DNA of 59,974 nucleotides, filler included, from Hausera hauseri (GCA_046269625.1; 12 parts of 12 records of this genome joined end to end with filler, not necessarily neighbours in it), one strand, 5' to 3'; shown: positions 36,437 to 51,872, numbered from the whole stretch's first letter. Numbers and translations are program-made. The notes: a model not told the origin generated them from the letters alone.

Positions 36437-38914
36437 GTTCAAGATTTTGATGATGTAACAGATCCAGATCGACTACAATTAGTCATTCGTATAATTCAAT
36501 TCATTATGATCAATAAAGGAGAAGAAAGCAAAGCAAATCTTGATGAATTGGATGAAGCGCAAAAGGAAATCAAACGACTCAACGAAATCAAACGCGAATT
36601 GGAAGGAGAGAACGCCGAATTGCAACGTGGTGATGCCGGTGACATTGACATTGTTCGTGAGAAACGGAATTGGGAAATGGAGAAGGACCAAATGGTTGAG
36701 GAAATTCGACGATTGAAAGTCGATAACAATGCATTGCGATCCGATAAAGATGTTAAAGATTCGAGAATCCACGATTTGGAACAGGAAGTTGATCGATTAC
36801 GAGATGAGAACAAAAAATTGTCGGATAACGTATCGTTTCTGCGAGAAAGAACGAATTTGCTGAAGTCACAGAAAGATCAGACACAAGATTCGAATAAATC
36901 CGAATTGGCGTATGTTCGATCAGAATTGCGACAGAAGAAAATTGATCTCGACGTATGAAAATATGTTTCATGAGAATGGTTTTGGTTAATGGGATCCTGT
37001 TTACAATTCAGAATGCCCAGGAGAAAATTCTCGAATTGATTCAGGAAATTGACAGATTGAAAGAAGCTCTCCATCAGTCGACAGACACGATCGAACAGTT
37101 GACAGCGGAATATAAGAATATGAAAAATAATTTCGGTGCGAGTGATGTCGATTTGCACAACAAGGAATCTGAGATACGTATGTTACGAACACAATTGGAA
37201 CATATTCAGGAACAATTGACTGATAAAAATGAGTCTGACGATGTCATAATGAATCATGTCAATCAACAGGTGGAAAAATGGAAACAGGTTTTTCTCCATT
37301 ATTTGTTTAAATTTGCTTTACTCTTTGACCTCCTCAGAATGATTGAATTTTTATAATTCAGATAACAATTTAACAACTATATTTTCCCAACTTTCTAAAT
37401 ATTAAAACAAGTTATCTTTCACTCGTCCGTTGTTCTCAACCCCATTAAGAACGAAATCCATAATCGGAACTTTGTGAGTCCTTCCTGACATTGGATCACC
37501 TTCCATGATCAAACCTACCATTTCATCATTGACATTCTAATTCACAGATTTTCGTCTGAAGAGGTGTCTTCGTTTTTGATTGGAACTTTCCGAACATGGC
37601 TCACGTTTTGAGGAATTCTATTCACTTCTACAGTCGCATGGCCGACTGTCAGGCTATTATATAATTTCACTCCCCTACAAATTTATCTTTTTCACATGGA
37701 TCTTTCTGTGTATCCATCAGTAATAATAGTTTCATTCTAACATTATCAGACATGTACTGACTTGTAAAAATGGGGCCGGGTGAATTTTGATATGAAATGT
37801 CGTGTGTTACGTTAATATTCTATGGCGTCCATCTGTTATGTTATTTTCATTTGTCAGATAATGGCTGAAAGAGATTCAGAAATCCTCCGACTCTATCAAG
37901 ATAACAAGAAGCTACGGCAGGAAGTTCAGGCATCTGGTGTTAATACAGAAAAGGCAAATGTCCAGGCACTAATTAAATTGGTAAAAGAGAGAGAAGAACA
38001 GGCAATCACTGTAAAATAGAAAAGCATATGTTGAACATGATGTTTAGATTAAAGAGTTGACAGGGAAATTAGCCGATGCAACTCATTTAATTGATGACAA
38101 TACCGAACTTATATCGACATTGAGAAAGGATCTAGATCAGACTGGTGGTGGTACAACTGGACATCAGATGCGTCGTATTAAGGAATTACGACAGATTGCC
38201 GATGATAAGGAACAAAGACTGAAAGAATTGCAACAGCGGATGGACAGTATTGAGACTCAGGCTGCTGATAGAGAACAAGAATTAAATGATGCATTGGAAA
38301 AGAACAAAATGTACGAAAGAGGTGAGTACGGATTAGCAGAGGCTGTTGCGGAAATCAAAGGATTAAAGGCGCAGATTCAAGTGAAGGATCGACAGATGGA
38401 GCAACTTTGTCAGGAGGTGAATAAGGTCAATTATGGAATGGAGGAGTTGCGGTATGAGAATGGACATTTGCGTAGTAAATTGGGTATACCTATTGATGAA
38501 CAATTGGATATCGATGGATATAAACGACAGAAGGCGGCACAAGATGAGGAGGAACGAGCTATGAATATTGTTCTGCAGAAAGAGGTGACGATTTGTTGTT
38601 GAATGAATGGCGGATTGAATGATTTAGATTGAAAAATTGGAAGATGAACGACTCAGTCTGAAGAGAAAAGTTCGAACATTGGCACGACAGGCTGGTTTGA
38701 GAGCTGGCTTGGCAGGACTTGGTGCTGGTGACGTAATGGATGATTACCTTACAATTGGTATTATAACTGAATGGATGTTGGGGTGATTCGGAATTGTTGT
38801 ATAGAATATGAGGATTCTGTGCGAAATAGAGATGATGATGACATCATTGCTGTTAAACGTACTCGCACTTTGCAGGCAACTCCTTTGGCAGCTGATTCAA
38901 CATGGCGTATAAAG
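36437..38914 (+). CDS. CEP290: Centrosomal protein of 290 kDa, partial (N-terminal region). Exons 36437-36952, 37012-37287, 37858-38010, 38048-38584, 38628-38757, 38805-38914
   Basis: Spliced translation is stop-free with GT-AG introns in consistent phase. Matches recalled CEP290: DDVIMNHVNQQVEKWK (DDPIMVAVNAKVEEWK), YERGEYGLAEAVAEIK (YESGVYGLEDAVVEIK), RAMNIVLQKEIEKLEDERLSLKRK (RAENQILLKEIESLEEERLDLKKK). The first exon and 3' part lie outside the contig. Confidence 0.92.
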
Positions 38915-40009
38915 GTGATATTCATTTTATATTTGACAGTTGACAATTTAGATCGACTATTTTTATAAATAAGAATATAATTTATTTTTGATATTATTCT
39001 TGTACATTTCTTAGAATTCGGATTTTAAATGAAATTCTCTTCTTTATATTTTCTTAATTTTTAAACTTTTGTCAGATTCGTTGTTATGGAAGATACATGT
39101 GTCATTTACTAGGACAAGATTTGAATTTTGAGTTGCTATAGAATATACATATGTAGCTTACCTTGGATACGAATGTAATTCTGAGTTGGTATAGAAGTAG
39201 GTAGAAGTGTCAACTCGTTACCACTTTCAAAAATTCTTTCCAAATCAATTTTCTATATAATTTCCCCACCTATTGTGCTATAACGAACATTTCATTAAAA
39301 TTTTTGGGTGACCCCCTCCTCGGGTGGGAAAAGCGTTTCTTGTGTTGGACGTCGGACCGACTCAAATCGGTAGAGCTCGACGAGACGAGCAAAAGTTTAT
39401 AGCGTGGGTAAGTCCATAAATGTAAGGGTGAGGAGCTAGAAGACAAAACAGAAAAACAGGAAATGTATCACCATAAACGCGCTACACATTTATAGTGTAC
39501 TAATACGATGGACATACGTCAAATCGATGTCGGTGAGTCGAATGGACACACTTTCAACCTTGTTTGAACATGGGGAAAAATCGATGGGAAAAATTCAAAC
39601 TCTAAAAATTTCCCATTGTTCAAGTTCAACGGCGACTAAAATTCAATGAGCACTGCCCATGACGAGAAGCACATTTCATATGATAAGTGCCTCACGATTA
39701 GACGATTGCAAGTTGGTCAAAAATAACGCGAAAATGCGTTGTTAAAATCTAAAGTTTTATTTTGTATTTGTCATGTCGTGTCGTGTCATACAATAATCGA
39801 AATGGAAATTTTCAAAATCATCAGCAACATTATCACCGTCATCATTTTCAAACCATGATTACGTAAACAGGTACTACCACTACCTCTGCTTACCGCGAAC
39901 AAGAGGCGCNNNNNNNNNNNNNNNNNNNNNNNNNNNNNNNNNNNNNNNNNNNNTTAATTAATTAANNNNNNNNNNNNNNNNNNNNNNNNNNNNNNNNNNN
40001 NNNNNNNNN

Positions 40010-40830
40010 GGATGACACACCTACAGACGAAGCTATCCGAACGGCACAGAATCACTTTGTCTCAGTTAGCAAAGATTCATTCTGCAAGATAATAAATAAC
40101 AATAAAACGTAGTTACCGGAGGATTTATATTCAGCAAATTTCGTCTGGTTGAGAAACCAAACGCCGTGAAGTTTCCAACCACGGTACCTGGGACCTTACA
40201 AAGTCCTTCAACTACATTCCCGCAATGCCATAATTCTTAAAAACGGAAAAAACTAGCAGTCAATATAAATAATCTGAAACATGCCTTTTTTGTAGATGAC
40301 ACATCTACAACCGAAACTTCGGCAAATTTTCTCAATCCTGCATTTCCTTTTGTTTCTGCTCCCGTCTCTACTCCTATTCCATTTTCCCCTGTACATTTTT
40401 CTGTTAACGTATCTACTTTACCTCCTATTATTATCCCTATCCCTACTCCACTTTTACCTCTCGCTCCTTCACCCGTTACTACCCTTCCCCCAACTTCTTA
40501 TTTTTGGGAACTCCCTTCGACAATTTCAAACATCCACCTTCAGTTACTCTTTTCCATCTTCTATTTTGTCGCAACAAGACACTACACTTACCTCGACAGA
40601 ATGTAACATTTTTCCATCAAAAGCATCTCAACAAAGGGAAACAAAAGCAAAGATATATCACAAAACTGTCACTCTCAGCAAGCACAGTAAGGAGAGAAAC
40701 ATCGAAGGTATACAACGTCTGGTTTATACCAAAACTGAATATCCATATCATATTGTCTACTTCGTGATTTTAAGTTATTCAATCCTTATCGTTTTCAACT
40801 TAGCCAAGGGGGGAGGTTGATGTTGTTCTC
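40010..40830 (+). mobile_element. Gypsy family A 3' end: post-integrase region, polypurine tract and start of 3' LTR
   Basis: DDTPTDEAIRTAQNHFV..CKI is homologous to NETPTDKTIRAAQEHFV..CRI at ~49980. The GIQRLV segment is shared with ~50745. PPT aagggggggagg at ~40806-40816 is followed by TG. Confidence 0.75.
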
Positions 40831-42449
40831 AACGTGATCGCGCTTCCGTGTTTATTTAATTTTTTGTTAACAGTAAATACAAATGTCCTTTTTACTATTA
40901 CTTGTTTTACATTTCCCGACGAATTGTTGCGTTTTGGTGTTCCATCTCGTCGTGTCGAAATATTTCATCAGGACCACAACAATCCCAATTTAAATATCTC
41001 TTTGGTCGAGATTCGATATAATGTTCTGCCAAAACAAAGATATGCATCAGGCTTTAATTGCCAAAATGAACTGATGTTCTGCCAAAAAGAAAATATTTAT
41101 CCAGTATGAACTGTATATAAAATTGTGTGTACGTTGACAGGTTATGGAATTGATATTATTATTCAGTAATTGAATTTTAAAATTTAAATTTTTGAAAGTA
41201 CAAAAACTTTATTTCTGTAGTAGCGTTTTGTTACTTGTTCTCTACGTTTTTTTATGGATCAACGATTGGACTTATGTACAATTCCTGAATCGTCAAACAA
41301 ACAACAATGGTGTCAAAAAATAGAATTATCAAAGAAATACCGTATTGTAGAAAACTCAGTTTTGAAATTATGCAAGTGTTGATTCAGCCAATTCAACACC
41401 AGAATATTGGCAATTTAACTGAAGCAGAATGTATGATTAGATATTGGGAATGATTGAAGCTCATAACAGTTAATTGTATTAAACCTTCCTTTGGTGAATG
41501 TCAAAATCAAATAACAGATTTCAGTATAATGAGACCTTAAGAGTCAGGTGATATAATTTGTCAATGTTGTTGTTGGCTCGTTACTAGCGATATAGTTGCT
41601 CGATTCGAAAGTTTATTGAATAAAAGATTCAAAAACGAAACATGTTTAATTCCTTCTCTCTTGAAATTTTGCGATTTTTCAAACCTTCACAGTAAACAAA
41701 TCCATGCTAACTCATCACTCGATATGTTGTGGAATTTATTGGAGAATTACAACGCAACTGTTATTCTGTACAATTTTATTCTGGAAATTGTAAATATGTA
41801 CCAATGTTAACCAACATACGTACAATTTTCTTCACAGATCAATTATCTTCATCTCATGCTTGCCAGTGTTAAACATCAGAAATCGAAAATACACATTTGA
41901 GAGTATATTGTTTAAAAAAATGAAACTTTCAATCATCATGCAATTGAGATGTCCTAATGATTCCGCTTTGGAATCATTGGTTTCCGGAAATTACTGGGGT
42001 TACCCGATTTGCGTTGTGGAAGATTGTAAAGAAATACTTCAATGTAATCAAAACGAATTTGCATTAAAATCAAGTGGTTCATTATCCAATACAACCGAGG
42101 TACATGTTAAAGATATTACTTACACCAACTTATCAAATAAAAATGATTCAAGAGGATATTCGTATATATCAAGAAATATTGGTGGTTCAGAAATTTCTGT
42201 TACTCCTCATCGCCATTCGCGTCCTTTATCATTGTCATCTGCTCACCACAGTCCGAAAACAGAACGAAAATCCGATAACGGTCGACTGTATTACCATTAT
42301 CCCGACATCATCTATTGTTCATCAAGTGCTCAAACGAATGTAAATTGGCCGGTCAAAACGTTGGCAATTCTCAACTCAAGGTGTGCGTCGACGAAAAAAG
42401 TTATCCTAGTCACGTTTGTCCGAAAGTCAATCCAAGATGTCCAAAGCTC

Positions 42450-43455
<1,006 letters not shown>

Positions 43456-44849
43456 ATCCTCATGTGATTCGACGCCAAATAAATATATTTATCGACCTAA
43501 ATACGTTTACGGCAACCATACAAAATACGATGAAAATCAGATAACGTATAACGAACTTGTTGGTTCAATAAAAGAGTGGTGGTACACACAGACCGCCTGT
43601 ATATCGACACAACGTAAAAAAGCCGACTTGCTGTGCCCTCAGCGGAAAACGAGACTGCCAATCATGGAGACCAGTACACGATGAGGTGAGATTTATCATT
43701 ACGTATTATTTGATCGGAAATTATTTTTTATTGACAACATCATCCCCTAAAACCTGTATATCTGCCATTCTTAGGTTACTCCCTTCAAATATGAATAAAT
43801 ATGAGATTGCTGAATTACTCTCACTATTGAGTATTCAAATTGACGAGGATCTGAGATTCAAGCTCTATCAGGCCCTGATAAATATCATACAAAATTTTTT
43901 GAAATGGCGATTTCAGATAGTTCAGACTTTTCTTAATTTTGTCTAAAGAAATATCCGAAGCGCAATGCTTAAGGCATAGTGTTATTTATCTCATTATAAT
44001 AATATTCCTTTTCATGCTCATTTCGAGTTGTAATTTCAAGACAATCAGCTCAGCGCAAAATAATTGTACGACTTACATGGAACGACTTACATTGTCATAC
44101 CGATTTTCTTTAAAACATTTCTTGGCAAAGTTGTCAATTTCATTCGTATCTATCATAGTTATATGGCGTTCTTAGACATTTTCTGTATAATTCCCATCAA
44201 TATTTACTCCAGTATAAAGAAAAATTGGGATAGCCAAAGTTTGGTTATCTCAGTTTCTAGTCATTGCTTCGATTTCTTTGGATTTGCTACCAGCCCATTT
44301 TGGCAGTATCATAACCTTCTGAGATATTTTGCAACCGTTAATAAAGTTACTCAGTCTACATTGAAATTTAAATTAACTTCATCGAGCAAAATGAGTAAAC
44401 TACGGTTTCACGTTCTGAAGTATTTGACACTCGTAGGAATTCATGAACTCGACGATGACTACATAGAAATTAATAAAATGGTCCAGCCACCTAGCGGCAT
44501 TGTTAATTACTCACCAATCATACCTTGTCCTGCCAAACCCACAAAACCCAATACCGAACCATCTATGGAAATTAATGGATCTGTAATGAGACGAAGTGGA
44601 ATCGAGGCACATTATTGCAAAGTAACCCTTTTAACTTCGTACGACCACGTTGACATACCACTCTACTTAGCTTGCCGTCTATCATCGCTGTTTTCATTCT
44701 CCCTTTATGCCAATAATAACTTAATACAAACCGTATATATCACACAACGCGTGGATACATTACAATTATACACTCATTTATAATACCACCGCCTACACTG
44801 ATTTTTACCTGACTTACAACAGTTTCATTTTAACTGACCTCCCACGCGT

Positions 44850-45817
44850 AATGGCTTCACATTACCATCTATTTATACACGTCAATCCTAGGGTCCGCGG
44901 CGGTATAATTGCTCCACTAACTAGTGACACCACCGATAAAGCGACCACAAAACTTAAACCCATTCTCTACTACCCCAAACCAAACCATCCACCTACTTCA
45001 ACCGATGCAAATTCTTCTCACAAAAATCCTATCAGTACTTCCCCACTTTGCACTGAATACTTTATAGATAATGAAAAGTCCAGCAAAACTTGTCTCCACT
45101 TTTATCAACTCTGGTTACAGTCCAACGGTATCACAGACTCGTTATCCAAAGCCCATAATCTACTTTACCTTCTAACGAACGCCATAAAGGCTTCAATACA
45201 CAACCTACTGGACATTTCTTAACACTCTGACCCTGATACCCAATTATTCGATGCCGTGTTAAAACTGACAGAACCACCAACTGACTCCATAATTCAACGC
45301 TTCGTCAACGAAAACGCAATGGGAACACAGAAGCCTAGCGATTTCCTACGCATCTCATTGGCTCACTTACGTACTCTAGGCGTCACCAAGGAACATAATC
45401 CTAATCTACTTCGACGATATTTCCTTAACGCTTTACCAATTCATATTAGGGCTTTGCTTACCGTCGTTGAAGATTCTACAGCCTTAGATAAGCTAGCTGA
45501 ATTTGCTGATAAAGCACACGAAGTCTTACAAATCCAAGCACAACCCACCATATCAGCCGCTATTGCCACCGATGATAGTCAACGACAGACATCTATCGAG
45601 CACCAATTAAACCAATTAAGCGCCGAAAATGCGGCATTCCAAGACACAATCAACATTATCAATGATAAACTGAATGACCTTCCTTTACATCGACAAAATG
45701 TTTCCTCGTCTCATCGAACACGTTCACCCTCCAGAAATCAAACACTGTCACCAACGCGGTCTTTCGTATGTTACTACCACAACAAATTTAATAACAACGA
45801 AAATAAATGTTGCTTAG
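44850..45817 (+). mobile_element. gag: Gypsy family A gag fragment, truncated within the first Cys/His motif
   Basis: EPPTDSIIQRFVNENAMGTQKPSDFLR..LLRRYFLNALP..IRALL..LAEFADK..CYYHNKF, then an abrupt switch to GC-rich sequence at 45818. Confidence 0.85.
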
Positions 45818-46939
45818 TGTGGTGCCCGCACCGACTGCTGCCCTCCGGCCCATTCGGTTGGGCACGGTCGGGTTGTCCGCCGCCGCCGCGTCGGGCTCAT
45901 AGGCGGGCCCCCGATCTATCGCCTTAGAGATAGAATCATCTACTTAATATTTATGTTATTCTGATTTTTCTGCCTTGAACCTTATAATTATTTCTCACCA
46001 ATTACTGGATACACTTTGGACTTTAACCACAACGAATCAAATCAAGGAGAGTAAGTTCAGTCACATTTAACCTTTGTTTCATCATGCAAATTGTATCATC
46101 CTCCTTCTCTAACTCAACAGTTCCAACGGTAAAACTCGAATTCAAGTAGCCGCGCACCTATTGTGGATATGAATCCACAATCGGTTAAGTTTGAGAATTA
46201 TGCGATGGTAAAAACATACATACTGGACAAGGCTCTAGATGCTGTACATTGATGATACAACTATCAATACAATGTGAATACGGTTTATACGGAGAGAACT
46301 GCACGGATATTCAGGAAAACAATATTGTCAACACATTTGAATGTTTCAAAGATGGTTTCAAAATTTGTGCAGAATAGTGGTTCGAAGAAAATTGTAACAA
46401 AACAAAATTATGTTCCACTATGTGCTGCACTAATGAATGTTTCCAGTGTCATTCGTGCCAACCCCACAAACGATTTTCGCTGTAATGGTCAAAGAAGACA
46501 ATTGAAAATATTTGAAAAAGTTCAGTCGATGTTACTGAGAATATTCGACAAAATAACATTGAAGAAGAATTAATCAATTTGGAAAATGAATTACCGCAGT
46601 CTGCAGAGTCAAATTGGTTGTTTGACTGAAATTTTAAGAATTCCGATTTCGTTACGTCATTCAATGAATTGAAATCCTTCAATCCGTTAATCAGAAATAT
46701 CATCAAGGACATTTATCAGAATGGAAAATCCAAACAAATTCTTCACAATTTACTCTNNNNNNNNNNNNNNNNNNNNNNNNNNNNNNNNNNNNNNNNNNNN
46801 TTAATTAATTAANNNNNNNNNNNNNNNNNNNNNNNNNNNNNNNNNNNNNNNNNNNNTATTGATTCCCTAATTTTTCCAATATAAAAATATTGATTATCGA
46901 TCCTGGGGGGTTCTGGGGTCATGTACTCCAATCCCCCTA

Positions 46940-49900
46940 TTATCCAAAAATACTTCAGCAACAACACCTTGTGCAACACCAAACCTTCTGACTTTCTTTG
47001 AACTTCTTTATCGAAATTAACCATGCTAGGCGTAACCCAACCAACCAATTCCGATCTATTAAGACGTTACTTTCTGCAATCCATGCTCAAGAAAATCCGA
47101 GCTCTTCTAACTGTCGTTGAAGACAGTGCGTCACTGAAAATATTGGGACAGTTGGCTGACAAAAGTTTTGACATACTACTCAGTCAAAGTCAACGCACAA
47201 ATGCAGCAGCACTGACAACATCAACAATACACAATCAAAATACGATATCAAACTTTGACAATCAGCTTCAATTATGCACGCAGAGAACGAAACACCACGG
47301 CAAGCAATAACAGCCATCACAGATAAGCTCAATCAGATTACAGTGCCGCGTGGATCTTTTTTGGAATCGGAAATTCCGCACTAAATCGAATAATTCTTCG
47401 TACAACAATTCTCCAGCGCGTAGCCCGACCTGTTTCTTCCATGCCAAGTTTAAGAAAAAGGCAAATAAATGCTACATAGGATGCAGATTTTACAATCAAA
47501 ATTTTGCATCAAACGACGCCATCTGCATCTACCACAACAAATTTCGCGTCAATGTTCAAAATGTTTATCCGTTTGTAAGTTTTACCATTCATCTACACAA
47601 GCCAACTCAACAGCGCATTCAAAAAACTCACAACACCACCAAAACTAACGGCAACTTTTGGCCAAGGCGCAAACTCTTCAATGAATAGCTGTAATGCGTT
47701 TTTTGCTACCTTTACACTACATTACACTACGATTACGTCCAAAAATTCTTCCATCTCTTTCCCCATTGATACTGGAGCTGACGTGTCACTCCTTCCTTAC
47801 TCTTATGAACCGAAAAAATCTTCAATCAGTAAATCATTATTTACTGCCAATGGTGAACCGCTACGCACCATTGGCACAGCATATCTTTCTTCTCTGTCAA
47901 ATTTTTCCAATCCTTTTTCGTGGAAATTCATTATAGCAGATGTACAAAGTCCAATTCTTTGATGTGATTTTTCTTCACAGTACAATTTGCTGGTCGACTG
48001 AAGACAGCATTTTTTGATGGACAGCCTCACCGTTTGCTCTAAATTTCTGTCGGTTTCGAATATGTTGAGTTTAACTTCACCAGCGCACAATTTTGCTACT
48101 GACAACAATTTAACTCAACCAATTTCTAAACCTGACATAAAATCTATTTTGAAAAATATGAATTTTATAAATAATTCACATAATCAAATTGGGAGTGTTG
48201 AGTGTAGCGAGTCTTTTTCTTTCAACAACATAACATCAAACCAACCACCTGAGCCACTGACAAACATGTGTCCGCATCCCAATCATCTTTTGGCCAATTA
48301 TTAACGGATCTGCAAACATTTAGCACTATGCAATGTCCAAGAATTCTCAAAAAAGATCATGCTTTAAATCTCCCTCCTAAACATTTCACCACATGGTTAC
48401 CATTCATCAACGCCAAATTCGGCAAAAAGTGTGACCTCCTTCATCACGTCGCAGAAAAGCCGTCGCTGTAGAGTTTCAAACTTTAGCGAACGCTGGCATC
48501 ATCAGGCGTTCTAAGTCGCCTTGAGCTTCACCCTTGCACGTCGTGCCAAAAAAGACGATACTTTCAGACCTTCTGGTGACTATCGCCAACTAAACACCAT
48601 AACGACCGTGGACGCATACCCCTTTCCACTGATCAATAACATATTGCACAGACTGCATGGCAAAACAATCTTTTCGTCCATCGATCTCCACAAAGCATAT
48701 CACCAATTTCTAGTCGCTCCTACTGATATACCTAAAACGGCTGTAATAACACCCTTCGGTCTTTTCGAGTATGTCTACGTGCCTTTTTGTCTTCGCAGTG
48801 CTGCACAAACATTCCAAAGGCATAGAGACGCTGTTCCTGTTGGTCTGGATTTTGCTTTCCCCTATATTGACGACATGCTCATTGCTTCCTCGTCTCCAAA
48901 ACAACAAGCTGAATATTTGTGCATAATTTTCCAACGTCTACACCAGAACAACCTTGAAGTAAACTTTGCCAAATGCTCATTTTTCCAACATAGCATTAAC
49001 TTTCTTGGACACGTTATTACTCATCCTGGTCACTCGTCTCAACAAGACCGCATCAAACAACTCAAAAACATTCAAGTACCAGGAACATCAACCGAAATGC
49101 GTTCCGTTCTCAGAACACTTCACTTCATGCACAAGTATGTGTATCACTGTTCAACACTTACGGCACCATTTGCCTCACTAAACTCCGATAAGAAACAGCT
49201 TATTCACTGGACTGGTGAATTAGTCAATTCTTTCGAACACCTCAAAGATAATCTAAAAACTGTTGAAATCCTTGCATACCCTGATCCAAACTTGGAACTT
49301 TTCTTAACAACTAAAGCCTCCACGACAGCAGCAGGCGCAGTATTGCATCAATTCAAGAACGGTTCTCGTCAACCTCCACGTCAATGAGAACAGATGTGCA
49401 GGATTGGATTAAAGAGAGTGTGGCATGCCAAAAGTTTAAGGTAGCCAAATACCTAAAGCTGCTACTCTATCATTTTCCCTGCATATCACGCTTTGACACA
49501 GTGCGCATAGATATAGTTGGTCCACTACCACCAGACATTGGCCATCAATTCATTTTTACCATGATGGATCGTGCTTCTAGATGGCCAGAAGCCGTTCCAC
49601 TTCGCTCAGCCAACACCGAGGCCATTGCAGACGTATTCATACGAACATGGCTCAACAGATTCGGCTCATCTAAGCACATAATCACGGGCCAAGACCCCCA
49701 ATTGGAGTCGAATCTTTTCAAATCACTAGTAAATCGACTGTGGACCACATACATCCACACAACACTTTATCATCTCCAGTTGAATTGGCTAATGGAACGT
49801 TTTTAGAGCACATGGAAATCTTCCTTAAAATATTAGCAGGCTGCTATTAACACTGGGTAAACCTTCTTCCTTACATTCTACTTGGATGGTGGAACACCCT

Positions 49901-50760
49901 ATCCACAACCATTAGCTGCTCACCGCCTAAGACACTCTTTGGTACACCACTGCATGCATCGTTCGAGTTGGAGGAGTGCAATGAAACACCCACTGACAAA
50001 ACAATTCGGGCTGCGCAGGAGCATTTTGTTGCGCTGAATAGCGATTTGTTATGTAGAATTTTATGCCACAACAAAGCATACATTCCCGACACTGCATACA
50101 GCCACGTTTGTCTGGCTGAAAAATCCAGTGTTGCATGCGTTCCAACCTCAGTACGTTTGACTTTTCAAATTAATACGTCTGAACTCACATACTTATATAA
50201 TCCTCAAAAACGGACAAGAATGCTCGGTACATGTCACCAACATCAAACCGGCAATTTTCAAAGACGACAAACCTGATAATGCTATTCCACCTAGCAATAA
50301 ATCCTTTCTTGATTCTTTTTCCCGGTCTTCTTTTCTACCTCACAACCAATCTTTCTTTGACTCTTCTTCTCAACCTCCATAAACCTTCAGTTTTCCTATC
50401 TTTCTTCATCTCACAAACAGTCTTTTCTTGGCCCTTTTCCTCAATCCTCGTCACACGCGCAATCTTCTGATTCTTCTTTACTTCACCATCAAAGTTCATT
50501 TCATGTCTCTCCTCAATCTTCTACAAACCCTCAATCTTTTAAACCTGTTTTACCTTTCTTCTCCACTTCATCATCAACCAATCTTCCTCCTCAATCTTCA
50601 CTCCCTTATCCACAGATAACATCTACAACTATTAAATCCAAAAATCTTCCGCCCCAACGTAAAACTCTACAATCGAACACAGCGCATACAAACAAAATGC
50701 ACAGTGACATTCAGTACGTATAGCAAGGAAAAATCATTAGTAGGTATTCAACGTCTTGTC
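46940..50760 (+). mobile_element. Gypsy family A element body: gag, protease, RT, RNase H (mostly deleted), integrase, 3' region
   Basis: FPIDTGADVSLLP; FRPSGDYRQLN..DAYPFP..IDLHKAYHQ..KTAVITPFGLFEY..YIDD; integrase RIDIVGPLP..FTMMDRASRWPEAVPL..IITGQDPQ..MERF. Confidence 0.93.
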
Positions 50761-50799
50761 AACACTGAGACAGACTAAAAACATACTTTTCCTTTGCGG

Positions 50800-51024
50800 C
50801 GTTTTTGTTTTCACCTGTTTTCTTATCCCAATCATCTTTTTCTTCGATTGATAGTTCTTGGAAATCGCTTAACGCAACTTCATCAAGGTAAACTAGCATT
50901 ATACGGATATAGGCTTGTTGATCAACACCCAATCCCTCACTCAGGAGTCGATAAGATTTGAAAAATTTTAACAAATCCGTTGGATAACCAATATATTTTG
51001 GTATATTTAGTTTTTCGAAAACTG
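50800..51024 (-). pseudogene. gag: Family B gag fragment
   Basis: PKYIGYPTDLLKFFKSY..IRIMLVYLDEVALSDFQELSIEEKDDW, homologous to 33091-33321 and 51462-51872. Confidence 0.7.
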
Positions 51025-51461
51025 NNNNNNNNNNNNNNNNNNNNNNNNNNNNNNNNNNNNNNNNNNNNTTAATTAATTAANNNNNNNNNNNNNNNNNNNN
51101 NNNNNNNNNNNNNNNNNNNNNNNNTTGTTTAAAAAAGTTGTTATTGTTGAACGAAGTACTTCACAAGTCTAAATTCCTACTAACCTTTTAAGGGTCGGGG
51201 AAAATTAGTGAGTATACACAAAGTAAACATTAAAATCATTTTTTGACAAGTTTAGGTCTCTGACTCCGACAGTCAAGTGACCGCACAATAAAAAATCTTA
51301 ATACATTAAAGTAATAATTAATAAAATCCACAAAGGGTTTATACATATTCAGTAAAGTACTAGAGTCAACCATTCAGCGAAATCTCAGAAGCAAAAGTTT
51401 AGTCAGACGTGACAATAAACTACCTATAGTTCTTGTAGAAAAACTTGAAATTAATAAAAAT

Positions 51462-51872
51462 ATGGCTACTGATAGAAATAAAGATGCCAATAATTTAAAT
51501 GTGTATGATTTCAGAAACTTTAAAATTGATGTAGAAAAATTTAACGGACAACCAGACAAGTTGTTACCGTTCTTAAAAGCATATAAATCTCAAAGTACTG
51601 CTTTAGAAGTAAGTGAAAAAGATCAAATTAGACGTCTACCTTTGTATTTAACTGATATAGCTATAGATGCTTATAATGATCTAAGTGATGCTGAACGTAA
51701 GAACTGGAATACAATAAGCATAGCAATGATAGATAGATTTTTGCCGACCATGACCCCTCAGCAACAATTAATAATTTTTCAAAATAGATTTCAAAAAAAT
51801 GAATCAGTCACTCAATTTGCATACTCTTTAAGACAATTAATTTCAAATTATGTTGAAGCCATCAAATTATGA
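51462..51872 (+). pseudogene. gag: Family B gag, N-terminal capsid part, truncated
   Basis: EKFNGQPDKLLPFLKAY..IRRLPLYLTDIAIDAYNDL..NW..PTMTPQQQLIIFQNRFQKNESVTQFAYSL, a close homolog of the 32740-33321 gag. Confidence 0.85.

Noticed and set aside
39200-39909. Named DNA transposon in the CEP290 downstream intron
   Set aside because: It looks repeat-derived (gagctcgacgagacgag motif), but no TIR pair or ORF supports a family call.
40296-40820. Hydrophobic Leu/Phe-rich ORF as a membrane or env protein (also 50231-50619)
   Set aside because: It is a translation of the pyrimidine-rich low-complexity 3' region of the Gypsy family, and the frame is not conserved between copies.
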